A DNA stretch of 64,000 nt, from the IMG/VR virus record IMGVR_UViG_3300046535_002009, positions 46,061 through 110,060 of that record; one strand, written 5' to 3'. A model generated the notes under the pieces. It was not told the origin of the DNA and did not search any database. It saw only the letters and a program-made list of their open reading frames with translations. The position numbers and the translations under genes were made by a program. The stretch comes from a virus. Below are positions 8,544 to 17,860 of the stretch, in pieces. Numbering within the stretch: position 1 is the first letter of the stretch; each line of letters begins with the position of its first letter.

Positions 8544-10019
8544 ATGACGACCACCGAACAGAAGCCCGCGTCCACGGCCGTGCCGGCACCTGCCCGGCCG
8601 AGCTGGGCCAGGCTCGCCCCGCCGCCCGCGGCCCGCCGGTGGTGGCGGCCGGCGACCGCCCCCCACATCGCCCTCGCCTCGGCCTTCATGGCCGCCTACA
8701 CGCTGGTCTCGGCGCTGCGATACGCCCGCTTCGACTTCAGGTCGTGGGACCTGGCGATCTTCACCGAGGAGGTCAAGGCCTACGCCCACCTGCGGGTGCC
8801 GATCGTCCCGGTGAAGGGCGACGGCTTCAACGTCCTCGGCGACCACTTCAGCCCCATCACCGCCGCCATCGCCCCCCTCTTCCGGATCTGGCCCAGCGCC
8901 TTCCTGCTGCTCCTCGTCCAGGCCGCCCTGTTCGCCTGGTCCACCGGCGTCGTCTCCGACACGGCAGCCCGCCTCCTGGGCCGCTCCCGCGGCCTGTGCA
9001 TCGGCATCGGCTACGGCCTCTCCTTCGGCCTGCAGCGCGCCATCGACGTCGACTTCCACGAGGTCGCCTTCGCCGTGCCCCTGGTCGCGGTCGTCTGCCG
9101 GCAGCTGCTCGCGCGCCGCTGGCACCGCGCCGTGTGGTGGTCGCTCCCGCTGCTCCTGGTGAAGGAGGACCTCGGGATGACGGTCGCCGCCGTCGGCCTG
9201 CTCCTGCTCATCCAGGGCCGGCGCCGGGTGGCCGGCCCCGTCCTCATCGTGCTCGGGGCCACGGCCACGGTCGCGCTCGTGTGGTGGGTCGTCCCGCACT
9301 TCAACCCGACCAGCCAGTACGCCTACTGGGACCGCTACGGCGGCCGGCACCCCCACGTCTGGACCCTGCTCTGGGCCGCGGTGAAGCGCCTGCAGACGTG
9401 GACGACACTCGGCTGGACCCTCGGCATCACCGGCCTCCTCGCCGCCCGCTCCCCACTCCTGGCCCTCGCTGCGCCCACCCTGCTGTGGCGCCTCACCTCG
9501 ACGTACGACGCCTTCCGCGGCACGGGCTGGCAGTACTCGGCGGTCCTGATGCCGATCGCGTTCCTCGCCGCGGCCGACGCCGCGCTGCGCATCCGGTCCT
9601 CCCGCCGCGTGTGGTTGTGCCAGTTCTCCGACCGGACGGTGACCTCGCTGCCGGCCGTCGCCCTGGCCTGTATGGCCGGCATGACGTACGGCCTCGGCGG
9701 GCTCGCCCAGGCCAGCGCATGGTCGGGCGGGCACGTGGCCGAGGCCCGGCGGGCCGCTCTCGACCGGATCCCCGACGGCGCGACCGTGGAGGCGACGACG
9801 GACGTCCTGGCCGGCCTGGCCGGGCGGTCGGACGTCTACTGGTACGGCGGGTCGAAGATCCGGCCTCCGCAGTACATCGTCTTCGACAAGAACGACTGGG
9901 ACTCCGCGCCGCTCGGCGACCAGGCCGCGCACGTCGCGCAGGATCTGCACCCGGGCTCGACCTACCGGGTGGTGTTCAGCCGCGACAAGGTCACGGTCGT
10001 CCGGCTCCTGGCCGGCTGA
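8544..10019 (+). CDS. DUF2079-family polytopic membrane protein (probable GT-C glycosyltransferase)
   Basis: WDLAIF, LGDHFSPI, DFHEVAFAVPL, LLVKEDLG, WQYSA motifs; many TM segments. Confidence 0.85.
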   Translation: MTTTEQKPASTAVPAPARPSWARLAPPPAARRWWRPATAPHIALASAFMAAYTLVSALRYARFDFRSWDLAIFTEEVKAYAHLRVPIVPVKGDGFNVLGDHFSPITAAIAPLFRIWPSAFLLLLVQAALFAWSTGVVSDTAARLLGRSRGLCIGIGYGLSFGLQRAIDVDFHEVAFAVPLVAVVCRQLLARRWHRAVWWSLPLLLVKEDLGMTVAAVGLLLLIQGRRRVAGPVLIVLGATATVALVWWVVPHFNPTSQYAYWDRYGGRHPHVWTLLWAAVKRLQTWTTLGWTLGITGLLAARSPLLALAAPTLLWRLTSTYDAFRGTGWQYSAVLMPIAFLAAADAALRIRSSRRVWLCQFSDRTVTSLPAVALACMAGMTYGLGGLAQASAWSGGHVAEARRAALDRIPDGATVEATTDVLAGLAGRSDVYWYGGSKIRPPQYIVFDKNDWDSAPLGDQAAHVAQDLHPGSTYRVVFSRDKVTVVRLLAG

Positions 10020-10028
10020 CCGCGGTGG

Positions 10029-11375
10029 TCAGCCTGCCCGCTCCTCGCTGAGGATCTCGGAGTACCGGCCGTGGACGCCGAAGCCTCGCAGGAGCGGACC
10101 CACCATGCGGTTGACGACGCCGCCCGGCGCGGTGGCGAGTTCGGCCCGGGTGGCCGCGGTGGCCTGGTGGTAATCGTCGCGGTCGTATCGAGACGGGTAG
10201 CTCGTTCCCCAGGACTGCATCATCGAGTAGGGCACGCGTCCCTTGAGCCGGGACGCGCCGACGGCGAAGGACCAGGCTCCCTGGTGTCCGGTGATGTCGG
10301 CGACCTCCTCGACGACGGCAACGAGCCGTCGAGCGAGAGAGGGCGCAGCAGCGTCGAGGACGACCTGCTGCCCGCCTGCTCGGTCCATGTGGTCCGAGAA
10401 CCGGCTGAAGTACAGCCGGAGACCGCCGTCCTCGAACACCTGCAGCTCGACGACGTCCTCGTCCTCCGCCCGCTCGGGCTGCCAGATTCGGCCTTGCCCG
10501 AGGTTCGGCGTGGCCCTGGCGACGCCGCCGGAGCGCCGGAAGCTGTTGCTTGCGTGGAGCAGCTCCGGGTGCACTTCGTTGCCCTGGAGCACCTGGTTCA
10601 CCTCGGGGGTGTAGGACTTCTGGACCAGGTGCGCGAGCTTGAGGTTCCAGTCGGGTGCGCTGGTGAAGTCGAGCAGCATGTCTCGCCTCCCGGCGATGGG
10701 CTGCGCAACGAGGAACAGGTGTGACTGCTCGCCGATGTCGCCGAGGGGATCGCGCTTCATCTCGTCGCTGAGGATGGCCAGGACGTCCTCGTCCGTTGAG
10801 CGGCGTCGGGCGTGGAGGCGTGCGACGTCCGGGTCCCTGAGGATGTGCTTGGTCGTGTCGCCGCGCCCGTGGTACTTGCCGTCCACCATGTGCGGTGCCT
10901 GGGGGCTCATCGGCACGTGGACCACGAGGTACCCGTGGGAGGTGTCTGCGTTGCTGGGGATCGGCTTGATGACGACGCTGATCGGGGGGTCGGGTATCGA
11001 TCGGGCAACCTGGTCGACTCGCTCGGCGAGGCCCCCGAGGGGCTGCGGTGCGAGGCTGAAGGTGCGGGCGGACTTGTCCTCGTCGATGCCGATGAGCAGG
11101 GTGCCGCCCTCGTTGGCGAAGGAGGCGAGATCGCGTGCCAGCTCCCGGTTGTCGCTCTTGCTGGCCAGCTCCCGCTTCGCGTCGAGGTAGCTCGACTCCT
11201 CGATGAGCCCGCCGTCGATGGCGGCCTGCAGGTCGGCTTCGGTCTGGGGAGTCCAGCGGGGGTTGTCCGGGGAGAGGTAGATCGTGGTCAAGTGCACCTC
11301 GCGCTTCATGTCGCCGCTGCTGCGTCCTTGCAGCAGTGCGAGTATGCGCCGGAGGTCCGACAGATCGCGCTCCAA
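10029..11375 (-). CDS. Schlafen/AlbA_2-domain protein (start may be 11309)
   Basis: EESSYLDAKRE...LARDLASFANEGGTLLIGIDED...APH...YHGRG. Confidence 0.85.
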   Translation of the reverse strand: MERDLSDLRRILALLQGRSSGDMKREVHLTTIYLSPDNPRWTPQTEADLQAAIDGGLIEESSYLDAKRELASKSDNRELARDLASFANEGGTLLIGIDEDKSARTFSLAPQPLGGLAERVDQVARSIPDPPISVVIKPIPSNADTSHGYLVVHVPMSPQAPHMVDGKYHGRGDTTKHILRDPDVARLHARRRSTDEDVLAILSDEMKRDPLGDIGEQSHLFLVAQPIAGRRDMLLDFTSAPDWNLKLAHLVQKSYTPEVNQVLQGNEVHPELLHASNSFRRSGGVARATPNLGQGRIWQPERAEDEDVVELQVFEDGGLRLYFSRFSDHMDRAGGQQVVLDAAAPSLARRLVAVVEEVADITGHQGAWSFAVGASRLKGRVPYSMMQSWGTSYPSRYDRDDYHQATAATRAELATAPGGVVNRMVGPLLRGFGVHGRYSEILSEERAG

Positions 11376-11440
11376 TATCCGTACGGAACGCGTCCGAGGT
11401 CAGCCAGCCTCGGCGGCCGCGCGGCTTAATGCCCGCGGCG

Positions 11441-11686
11441 TCACGGCGCAGCATCAATCGGCGCCTGCTGCTCTTCTGGTGGCGTGCTCTCCTGCTTGGC
11501 GGCGGCCAGCAGCGCGGCCTCCAGCTGCTCAACGCGCTGCTGCAACTCGGCGCTGCGGCGGCGGGCTTGGCCGAGTTCGTTCTCGAGGGTGGTGCGGTCC
11601 TGTTCCGCGCGGTGGCAGCGGTCGGCGAGCTGCCGCTCGTACGCGCCCGGGCCGCCCGGCTGCGGCAGGTACATCGCGTTCGTCAT
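11441..11686 (-). CDS. Coiled-coil hypothetical protein
   Basis: GAGGAG RBS; heptad pattern. Confidence 0.65.
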   Translation of the reverse strand: MTNAMYLPQPGGPGAYERQLADRCHRAEQDRTTLENELGQARRRSAELQQRVEQLEAALLAAAKQESTPPEEQQAPIDAAP

Positions 11687-11880
11687 CTGTGGGCACTCCT
11701 CGAGGAGCGGGACTTCTTGGCGCGGGGCTGGACCCGCCCCCGGGGCGGATCGGCGGCCGGTGTGGGCGGGGCCGGGCGGCACTGGTTCTCGTCGAGGCAG
11801 CAGCAGTCGCCCCGGTCCCGGAAGCAGCAGACAGGCAGCGCGGGGTCGCAGGCACCCGGGTGGTCGTGGCGATGGCTCAT
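11683..11880 (-). CDS. Small Cys-rich hypothetical protein
   Basis: ATGA coupling on both sides; CC/CCC clusters. Confidence 0.5.
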   Translation of the reverse strand: MSHRHDHPGACDPALPVCCFRDRGDCCCLDENQCRPAPPTPAADPPRGRVQPRAKKSRSSRSAHR

Positions 11881-12137
11881 CCGGTCTGCGCCGCGTTGCA
11901 GTTCCCGCCGTCCGCGTAGCCCCAGGAGTGTCCGAGCGGGAGCTCCTCGTGGGGGCGGCCGCACCCGGGGCACAGCCAGGTGCCGGCCGCGTGCTGCGCC
12001 TCGGCCTGTCGGAACGCAGCCGTCTGCCGGAGCACGCTGTCCGACAGCGGGTCGCGCGGCTGTACATGCTCGTGATCCATCCCGGCCAGGAGGCAGCTGA
12101 GGATCGGGCAGCGTGCCCTCTGCGGGTACCCGCTCAA
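11877..12137 (-). CDS. Hypothetical protein (CPGC...H)
   Basis: GGAGG RBS, TTG start coupled to upstream stop. Confidence 0.55.
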   Translation of the reverse strand: MSGYPQRARCPILSCLLAGMDHEHVQPRDPLSDSVLRQTAAFRQAEAQHAAGTWLCPGCGRPHEELPLGHSWGYADGGNCNAAQTG

Positions 12138-12328
12138 GGCTGAGCCTCCTTCTTCTCGGCCGCGGCGGCGCGTCGGGACCGTGTGGCCGCAGCACCGCGC
12201 TGGCGGCGCAGCCGGCCAATGCCGGACCGTAGCGTCGCCGCTTCCTCGGGGGTGAGCTGGTAGAGCTCGGCCCGGTCGACGAGTCGGTCCACCGCGTCGT
12301 CGTCGGGCACGGGCTGGCGGCGGGTCAC
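12134..12328 (-). CDS. Hypothetical protein
   Basis: GTGA coupling. Confidence 0.55.
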   Translation of the reverse strand: MTRRQPVPDDDAVDRLVDRAELYQLTPEEAATLRSGIGRLRRQRGAAATRSRRAAAAEKKEAQP

Positions 12329-12486
12329 GGCGCGGCCGGGGCGGGCCTGGACGGCATCTCGTACAGGGCCTCGGTCGATTCCGGGTGCTGGATCTCGTCG
12401 ATGAGGTGGTCCTGCTCCGGGTTGCCGGTGTGCGGGAGCTCGGTGACAGCGCGGCTGTGGGCGTCGTCGTACTGCTGCTGGGTCAC
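12325..12486 (-). CDS. Hypothetical protein
   Basis: GAGG RBS, GTGA coupling. Confidence 0.5.
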   Translation of the reverse strand: MTQQQYDDAHSRAVTELPHTGNPEQDHLIDEIQHPESTEALYEMPSRPAPAAP

Positions 12487-12725
12487 GGAAGGGTCCTCTC
12501 GGTGGTCTGGGTGAAGGTCTGGGTCTGGCCGAGCGGGCCAAGCCAGGCGAGGAGGCTGACAAGGGTGTCGGCGTTGACGCCGACCAGGTCCTGACGAAGC
12601 TCGGCGAACAGGCTGGAGGCGACTCCGGTCTCCCGGGCGACGGCCCGCCAGGAGATCCCTCGCTGCTCCCGGCGGGTGTCGAGGGCCTGCCACAGGGCAC
12701 GCCGGTCCAGGCGGTGGCTCGTCAT
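12483..12725 (-). CDS. XRE-like HTH DNA-binding protein
   Basis: LDTRREQRGISWRAVARETGVASSLF. Confidence 0.8.
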   Translation of the reverse strand: MTSHRLDRRALWQALDTRREQRGISWRAVARETGVASSLFAELRQDLVGVNADTLVSLLAWLGPLGQTQTFTQTTERTLP

Positions 12726-13099
12726 ACCGGACGTCCGCTGGGGTGGGCGGCGCGGCGTCGGATGCGGCAGGCGCCTTCCCGTGAGCAGACCATGGTGGGC
12801 TCGGCATGGTGGCCGGGGTCGAGGCGCCGGAACTGGCTGATGCCGACGCGGCCGCAGCGGGCGCAGGTCCGCTCGTTGGCCTTCTCCGGGAGGTACTCGA
12901 TCGCGTAGGCGGGGTGGGTGGTGAGGATCCGGCGTTCGCCGTCGAGTTGGATCCGCAGGTGGCTTTCGTGGAAGCCGACGATCGTGCCGAGCTGACGGCC
13001 GGCGCGAGGGTTGCCGCTGTAGGCGACGCGCCGGTACCGCTCGACCAGCGGCAGGTTGTAGGTGGCCCTGATCCACGCGGCGGAGCTGGCGGCGCTCAC
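12722..13099 (-). CDS. Hypothetical phage protein with C-terminal zinc finger
   Basis: Coupled; GTIVG..HLRIQLDG..HP; CARC. Confidence 0.65.
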   Translation of the reverse strand: MSAASSAAWIRATYNLPLVERYRRVAYSGNPRAGRQLGTIVGFHESHLRIQLDGERRILTTHPAYAIEYLPEKANERTCARCGRVGISQFRRLDPGHHAEPTMVCSREGACRIRRRAAHPSGRPV

Positions 13100-13290
13100 C
13101 GGCGGACCCTCTCGCCCCGGCGGCTGGCGGCGTTGCGGACGGAGCGTTCGGCATCGCGCAGGACCGTGGTGCGCCACCACCAGGACCAGGCGGCAGCCAT
13201 CGCGCGCTCGGTGTGCCGGTCCGCGAGGTACAGCAGGCCGAGGAGCGCCCAGACCGCAACCGTCAGCAGGAGCAGCTCGGTGAGGGTCAC
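13096..13290 (-). CDS. Small membrane protein
   Basis: N-terminal TM helix; coupled. Confidence 0.55.
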   Translation of the reverse strand: MTLTELLLLTVAVWALLGLLYLADRHTERAMAAAWSWWWRTTVLRDAERSVRNAASRRGERVRR

Positions 13291-13394
13291 CGCTCGTCCT
13301 CGCGGGTTCCGACGCGGGCCGCGCCAAGGAGAACGGCCAGGGCGATGACGGCGAGCACGATAACGACGGCGACGCACAGGACGGCCTTGATCAT
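13287..13394 (-). CDS. 35-aa membrane peptide
   Basis: MIKAVLCVAVVIVLAVIALAVLL; coupled on both sides. Confidence 0.5.
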   Translation of the reverse strand: MIKAVLCVAVVIVLAVIALAVLLGAARVGTREDER

Positions 13395-14248
13395 GACGGG
13401 TTCACCTCGTAGGAGAGGACCAGGTCGGCGCCGTCCTGGGCCATGGTGACGACGGCCGGGTTGACGCCGTGGGCCGCCGCAGCCCGGGACGCGGTCCGGG
13501 TCAGCGCGGGGAAGTCCCGGACCGGGACGGGCAACGGCACGCGCAGCTGCACGGTGACCGTGTGCGGCGGGGCGTCCGGCTCGGCGTCGTCGCCGAGGTC
13601 CGGCGGCAGGTAGGTCCGGCCGCGGTTGTAGTGCGGGATCGGGTCCGGCATGGGGATCACCACGCGGGAGTCGCGGTCGAGTTCGTTGCCGTCCGCGTCG
13701 TAGAAGGTCGCCCGGTCCTGCTCGTGGCGCTCACGCCACGCGATCAGGTCGACCTCGGCCAGGCCGGCCGGCGCGGTCTCGCCGCCGTACCAGTCCTCGG
13801 TGATGCCCGCGGCGCGGAGCTCCGTCCCGTCCATCTCGCCGACGAGGACCTCCCGGCCGGCGATCACGTCGTAGGCCTCGGGCTGCGGCAGGTGCCGGTA
13901 GGCGGCCACCAGCTGCTCCAGGCACTCGACGAACTGGAGCTGCCAGTCGATCGGCATGGACTGGGCGAGAGTGCGGGGCACGACGAAGTGCGTGCTGTAG
14001 GAGAGGCCGGCGTGCGCGTGGACGGGCCCGTCCGTGTGGTTGCGCGGTGGCATGGTGGGTCCTCGGAGGGGCTGGGGTGGGCGGGAGCCGCTGGCGGTCT
14101 CGGGGAGCGCAGGCCGGCCAACGATCTGGCGCCGTGCCCGTTCAGCGGCTGCACGCAGCGCGTCGTTGGCCGTTCCGGGCGTGACCGAGTCCGCGAGCAG
14201 GTGGTCGAAGTGCTCCGGGCTGACCGTGGTCACCTCTGGGTCGGTCAC
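13391..14248 (-). CDS. Conserved phage hypothetical protein (true start may be ~14053)
   Basis: LSYSTHFVVPRTLAQSMP..WQ...DPIPHYNRGRT. Confidence 0.7.
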   Translation of the reverse strand: MTDPEVTTVSPEHFDHLLADSVTPGTANDALRAAAERARRQIVGRPALPETASGSRPPQPLRGPTMPPRNHTDGPVHAHAGLSYSTHFVVPRTLAQSMPIDWQLQFVECLEQLVAAYRHLPQPEAYDVIAGREVLVGEMDGTELRAAGITEDWYGGETAPAGLAEVDLIAWRERHEQDRATFYDADGNELDRDSRVVIPMPDPIPHYNRGRTYLPPDLGDDAEPDAPPHTVTVQLRVPLPVPVRDFPALTRTASRAAAAHGVNPAVVTMAQDGADLVLSYEVNPS

Positions 14249-14640
14249 GGCTGGGGTTCCTCGGGGAACAGCTCGGCCGCCCGGGCGTGCGGGCAGGTCG
14301 CCTCGGTGTAGAACCAGAAGTGCGCCTGGCAGTAGCCGTGATGGTCGTGCCGGCAGGGATCCGGGTCGCGCAGCTCATCGATAAGTTCGCGGAGTTGGTC
14401 GCCGTCCCAGACGACTCGGGTCCGGCCGTCGTGGCCGTGCACACGGATGGCGTCCTCGATCGAATTCCACAGCACGGTGGACGCCGTGCTGGTGCTCCAG
14501 CGCAGAGCGACGGTGCCGTCGGGAAACTGGATGCCGTGGGCGACGGGCCCGGTGCCGGAGACGCCAGTGACGTCCTCGTCGCGCTGGAGGGTGAACAGGC
14601 GGCCGGTGGGCCGGGGTTCAGTGGTGGGCTGGTCGGGCAT
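14245..14640 (-). CDS. Conserved phage hypothetical protein
   Basis: GGAG RBS; F.LQRDEDVTGVSGTG.VA.G.QFPDG...HGHDG.T. Confidence 0.75.
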   Translation of the reverse strand: MPDQPTTEPRPTGRLFTLQRDEDVTGVSGTGPVAHGIQFPDGTVALRWSTSTASTVLWNSIEDAIRVHGHDGRTRVVWDGDQLRELIDELRDPDPCRHDHHGYCQAHFWFYTEATCPHARAAELFPEEPQP

Positions 14641-14657
14641 GGGTGGTTCTCCCGGGG

Positions 14658-14891
14658 TCAAGCCGCAGCGGCGTTCAGGCCGCAGGCGGCGAGGAGTTCG
14701 TCGACCTCGTCGTCGCTGAGGTCGGGGCGGGTGATGTCGTCGAGGCCGTCGCCGATGCCGTTGGCGATCTGGCGCCATCGGTCGGCCTTGTCCGGGTCGC
14801 GTCGCTCGCAGCGGTCCGCGGCGGTCAAGAGGATGTCGACGAGGTCGGCGGCGTCGGCCGTGGTGTCGAGGTGAAGTTCGAGGCGGAGCAT
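14658..14891 (-). CDS. Hypothetical protein
   Basis: GGAGG RBS; helical acidic protein. Confidence 0.65.
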   Translation of the reverse strand: MLRLELHLDTTADAADLVDILLTAADRCERRDPDKADRWRQIANGIGDGLDDITRPDLSDDEVDELLAACGLNAAAA

Positions 14892-15016
14892 GGCGGCCTC
14901 CGGTGAGCGGGTGGGACGGCGCGGGCGGGCGGCCGGGGCCGGTGCGGAGGGCGCTCGAATCATCGTGCGCCTGATCCGCCGGAAGGCCCAGGGACGGATG
15001 CGCGTAGTAGCACCTA

Positions 15017-15077
15017 CGGGTGGCCAGCCGGGAAAGGTATCCGGCTGGCCACCCGGGTGTTCCGAAATTCGGACACC
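15017..15077. terminator. Tandem intergenic stem-loops
   Basis: 15-bp perfect inverted repeat CGGGTGGCCAGCCGG/CCGGCTGGCCACCCG followed by a second hairpin. Confidence 0.55.
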
Positions 15078-15085
15078 TGGGCCGG

Positions 15086-16093
15086 TCATGAACCGCCGTA
15101 GGCGCCGAGGACAGTGACGGGGACGACGCGGAACCCGGTGCTGCTCTCGCCGTTGTCGGCCTTGACCCACATGACCCAACGGTCGGGGTCCTCCTGGTCC
15201 TCGTACCAGGTGTAGTCGGTGCCGTCGCCGTGCTCGGCCCGGTGGTCGTCGCGGCAGTGCGCCTGGGCGTCCTCTCGGGCGGTGTAGGTGTCGAGCGGGA
15301 TCCCGCCGCGCTCGGCGCGCCATACGGTGACCGCGAGCCCGTCGACGTCGAGTCTCAGGGCGGCGGCGATGGTGGCCGCGAGCTTCGTCGCTTCGTCCTC
15401 GTCCATCGCGAGGACGATGGTCCGGCCGTCGAGGAGGCGCAGCGGCGCGTGCAGGGACGCTCCGAGCTCGGTCTCGGGCCACTGCAGCTCACCGGTCCAG
15501 CGAGCGGTCACCGGGGCGCTGACCGTGTCCGGGGCGGCCTGGCGCTGCGCCTGGTGGGCGAGCTGCCGGTGGAGGATGTCGACCTCGTTGAGGAGGTCGG
15601 CGATCGCGGCCTCGGCCAGGGAGTTGGCCACGTACTCCGGGACCTGCCCCGAGTAGAGGCGATCCAGGCGGGCGCGGGCGTTCGCCTCGGCCCGCTCGAT
15701 GAGTTCGGCCCGGGTGCGCCGCTCCCCCGTGTCGAGGCGGGCGCGCTCCTCGCGTAGCTTGTCGACGATCTCGCGCTCCATGGCGACGCTGAGTCGGGCC
15801 GTGTGCCGGCCGTGCGAGAGGTAGCCGACGAGGGTGTCCTTCTTCTGGTGGAAGTAGAAGCGCTTGCCCTCGTGGTCGGCGATGCGGTCCCAGGCGTTGC
15901 GCTGCTCGTCGGGAACGTCGCCGTGCCAGAACAGGTCGCGGTGGTGGTGCTCGCGGCGGGCGACGGCGCCGAGCGCCTCGCAGGCGGCCATCCAGTGCGC
16001 GGTGTCGACTGGGTGGCCGTCGGCCTGGAGCTGGGCGGCACGGGCGGCGAGGCCGGCCGGGGTGGGCAGGTACTCGGGGGCTTCGGTGTCCAT
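15086..16093 (-). CDS. Hypothetical protein
   Basis: 335-aa ORF with RBS and typical codon bias. Confidence 0.75.
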   Translation of the reverse strand: MDTEAPEYLPTPAGLAARAAQLQADGHPVDTAHWMAACEALGAVARREHHHRDLFWHGDVPDEQRNAWDRIADHEGKRFYFHQKKDTLVGYLSHGRHTARLSVAMEREIVDKLREERARLDTGERRTRAELIERAEANARARLDRLYSGQVPEYVANSLAEAAIADLLNEVDILHRQLAHQAQRQAAPDTVSAPVTARWTGELQWPETELGASLHAPLRLLDGRTIVLAMDEDEATKLAATIAAALRLDVDGLAVTVWRAERGGIPLDTYTAREDAQAHCRDDHRAEHGDGTDYTWYEDQEDPDRWVMWVKADNGESSTGFRVVPVTVLGAYGGS

Positions 16094-16166
16094 GGGTGGT
16101 GCCTTCCTGATGGGCCCGCCCCGGCGGGGTGCCGGGGCGGGCGGTGGCGGTGGTTCGCGTGGGTGG

Positions 16167-16412
16167 TCAGCCGGCGTGGGCCGTGCGGCCGGCTGCCTGG
16201 TTCCACTCGGCGAAGGCCTTCCTCTGCATGCCGGCCGAGTCGTACGCGGCCATGGCGGTTGCTGCTGCCGCAGCGAGGGTGGCGTGCACCTGTGCGGCGG
16301 CGATGAGCCGGTCCGCCTCCGGGTTGGTCCCCTCGTAGGTGGTCGCCTTGCTCGCGAATGCGAGCTGGACGAGCTGCTCAGCTTCGGAGTAGTGCTCGGG
16401 CCCGGTGGCCAT
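16167..16412 (-). CDS. Conserved actinophage hypothetical protein (TGPEHY.EAE...AQVHATLA)
   Basis: Recognisable motif; AAGGA RBS. Confidence 0.75.
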   Translation of the reverse strand: MATGPEHYSEAEQLVQLAFASKATTYEGTNPEADRLIAAAQVHATLAAAAATAMAAYDSAGMQRKAFAEWNQAAGRTAHAG

Positions 16413-16657
16413 CAGGTGTTGTCCTTCGGGGTGGTGAAGCGGGGCGGGGTGCCGGCGGCCGCCCGGAGGGCGTCGACTCGGGCGGCGAGCCGCAGGATGT
16501 GGAGGGCATTGCGGGTGAGTGCCTGAGCCGGGGCCTCGACGGGTTCGCGGCGGACGATCCCGGCGGCGAACTTCTGGGTCTGGCTGGCGACGGCCATCGC
16601 GGCGCGGGCGAGGTCGTTCTCGGCGCGCTCGACAGCCGCGGTCAGGTCGGTGCTCAC
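16412..16657 (-). CDS. Hypothetical protein
   Basis: Coupled on both sides. Confidence 0.6.
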   Translation of the reverse strand: MSTDLTAAVERAENDLARAAMAVASQTQKFAAGIVRREPVEAPAQALTRNALHILRLAARVDALRAAAGTPPRFTTPKDNT

Positions 16658-17169
16658 TCGGGCCGCCCGGTGTCCGGCGCCTCGGTGGTGGGGCGCAGCT
16701 GCGCCCAGGCGGCGAGGATGGCGGGCAGCGCCGGGCACCAGGCGCCGGTGTCCCACATGCCGGCGCGGTAGCTGCTGCTGGCGCAGTCCTTCGGCCAGAG
16801 ACCACACGCGCACTGGTCGTCGTGGTGATAGGCGTTGAGGGCCTGGTCTGCCACGTCGCCGAGGAACTCCAGCTCGGCGCGGGTGAGGACGACCGGGTCG
16901 GGCGGGGTGGGCTGGTAGCCGTCGATGTCGGTGCCGTCGGGGTGCTGGGCGTCGACGCCGCGAGGCGACCAGCGGAGCCGGTACTCGCCGAACGGGAAGT
17001 CCGCGGTGAGTTGCTGAAGGCCTGCCGGGCCGGTGATGCCGAGGAGCCGGCCGAGGCGGCAGCGGGGGTGGCACTCGTCGGGGTGGGTGAGGGTACGGCT
17101 GACGCCGTGGTCGCTGCTGATGGCGAACCGGTGCCAGGGCCCGGCCGTGAGGTGGTCGATGTCGATCAC
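16654..17169 (-). CDS. Hypothetical protein with His/Cys motifs
   Basis: Coupled; HPDECH..C, HHDDQCAC..WP..C. Confidence 0.65.
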   Translation of the reverse strand: MIDIDHLTAGPWHRFAISSDHGVSRTLTHPDECHPRCRLGRLLGITGPAGLQQLTADFPFGEYRLRWSPRGVDAQHPDGTDIDGYQPTPPDPVVLTRAELEFLGDVADQALNAYHHDDQCACGLWPKDCASSSYRAGMWDTGAWCPALPAILAAWAQLRPTTEAPDTGRPE

Positions 17170-17486
17170 AGGTCCCAGTCCTCCGGGAGGTTGGCCGCCA
17201 CCAGGTCGGTGACCCAGGCGGGATAGGTGTCGGGGTTCCACAGCTCGCGGGTGACGGCCGAGGCGGGAAGGCCGAGTTGGCCGGAGACGAGGCGACGGCG
17301 GCCGGAGACCTTCACCCGGGCCTGGCCCGGCCGGTAGGCAGGGGGCCGGTCCTCGGGACGCAGCCACCGGTAGGTGATCTCGACGGTCTCCGGCACGACC
17401 GTGGGCGAGTACGGGACCGGCAGGTCGGGCACGTCGGTCACCCGGAAGGTCAGCGTGCGGGTCTCCTCTGCCCGGGTGGCGCTCAC
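17166..17486 (-). CDS. Hypothetical protein, paralog A
   Basis: C-terminus PAWVTDLVAANLPEDW. Confidence 0.65.
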   Translation of the reverse strand: MSATRAEETRTLTFRVTDVPDLPVPYSPTVVPETVEITYRWLRPEDRPPAYRPGQARVKVSGRRRLVSGQLGLPASAVTRELWNPDTYPAWVTDLVAANLPEDWDL

Positions 17487-17806
17487 GCGGTCCACCACGC
17501 CGGGAGGTTGTCCTTGACAAGGTCGCCGATCCAGGCTGGCCGCTCGTCCCGGGGGACGGTGGACCAGACCTCGACGCTGTCGCCGAGAGGGCTGACAGTG
17601 CCGTCCGGGTCGCGGTAGTTGCCGCGGACGTGCACCTCGATCAGCCGCGTGACGGCGTAGGCCTCGTGCTGCGAGTACCGGATGGTGATCCGGTTCGGGA
17701 CGATGCGGTCGCGGCCGGAGGTGACGTCGGGGGCGCCGTTCGGCAGGTCGAGGAGGAGGCGCTGCTCCTCGCTGCGGGGGACGGTGGCGACGGTTGCGGT
17801 GGTCAT
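17483..17806 (-). CDS. Hypothetical protein, paralog B
   Basis: C-terminus PAWIGDLVKDNLPAWW. Confidence 0.65.
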   Translation of the reverse strand: MTTATVATVPRSEEQRLLLDLPNGAPDVTSGRDRIVPNRITIRYSQHEAYAVTRLIEVHVRGNYRDPDGTVSPLGDSVEVWSTVPRDERPAWIGDLVKDNLPAWWTA

Positions 17807-17860
17807 CGTGTGTCTCTCGGGTCGGGCCGGGCCGCCCATTGCGGGGCGGCCCGGCGGCGG

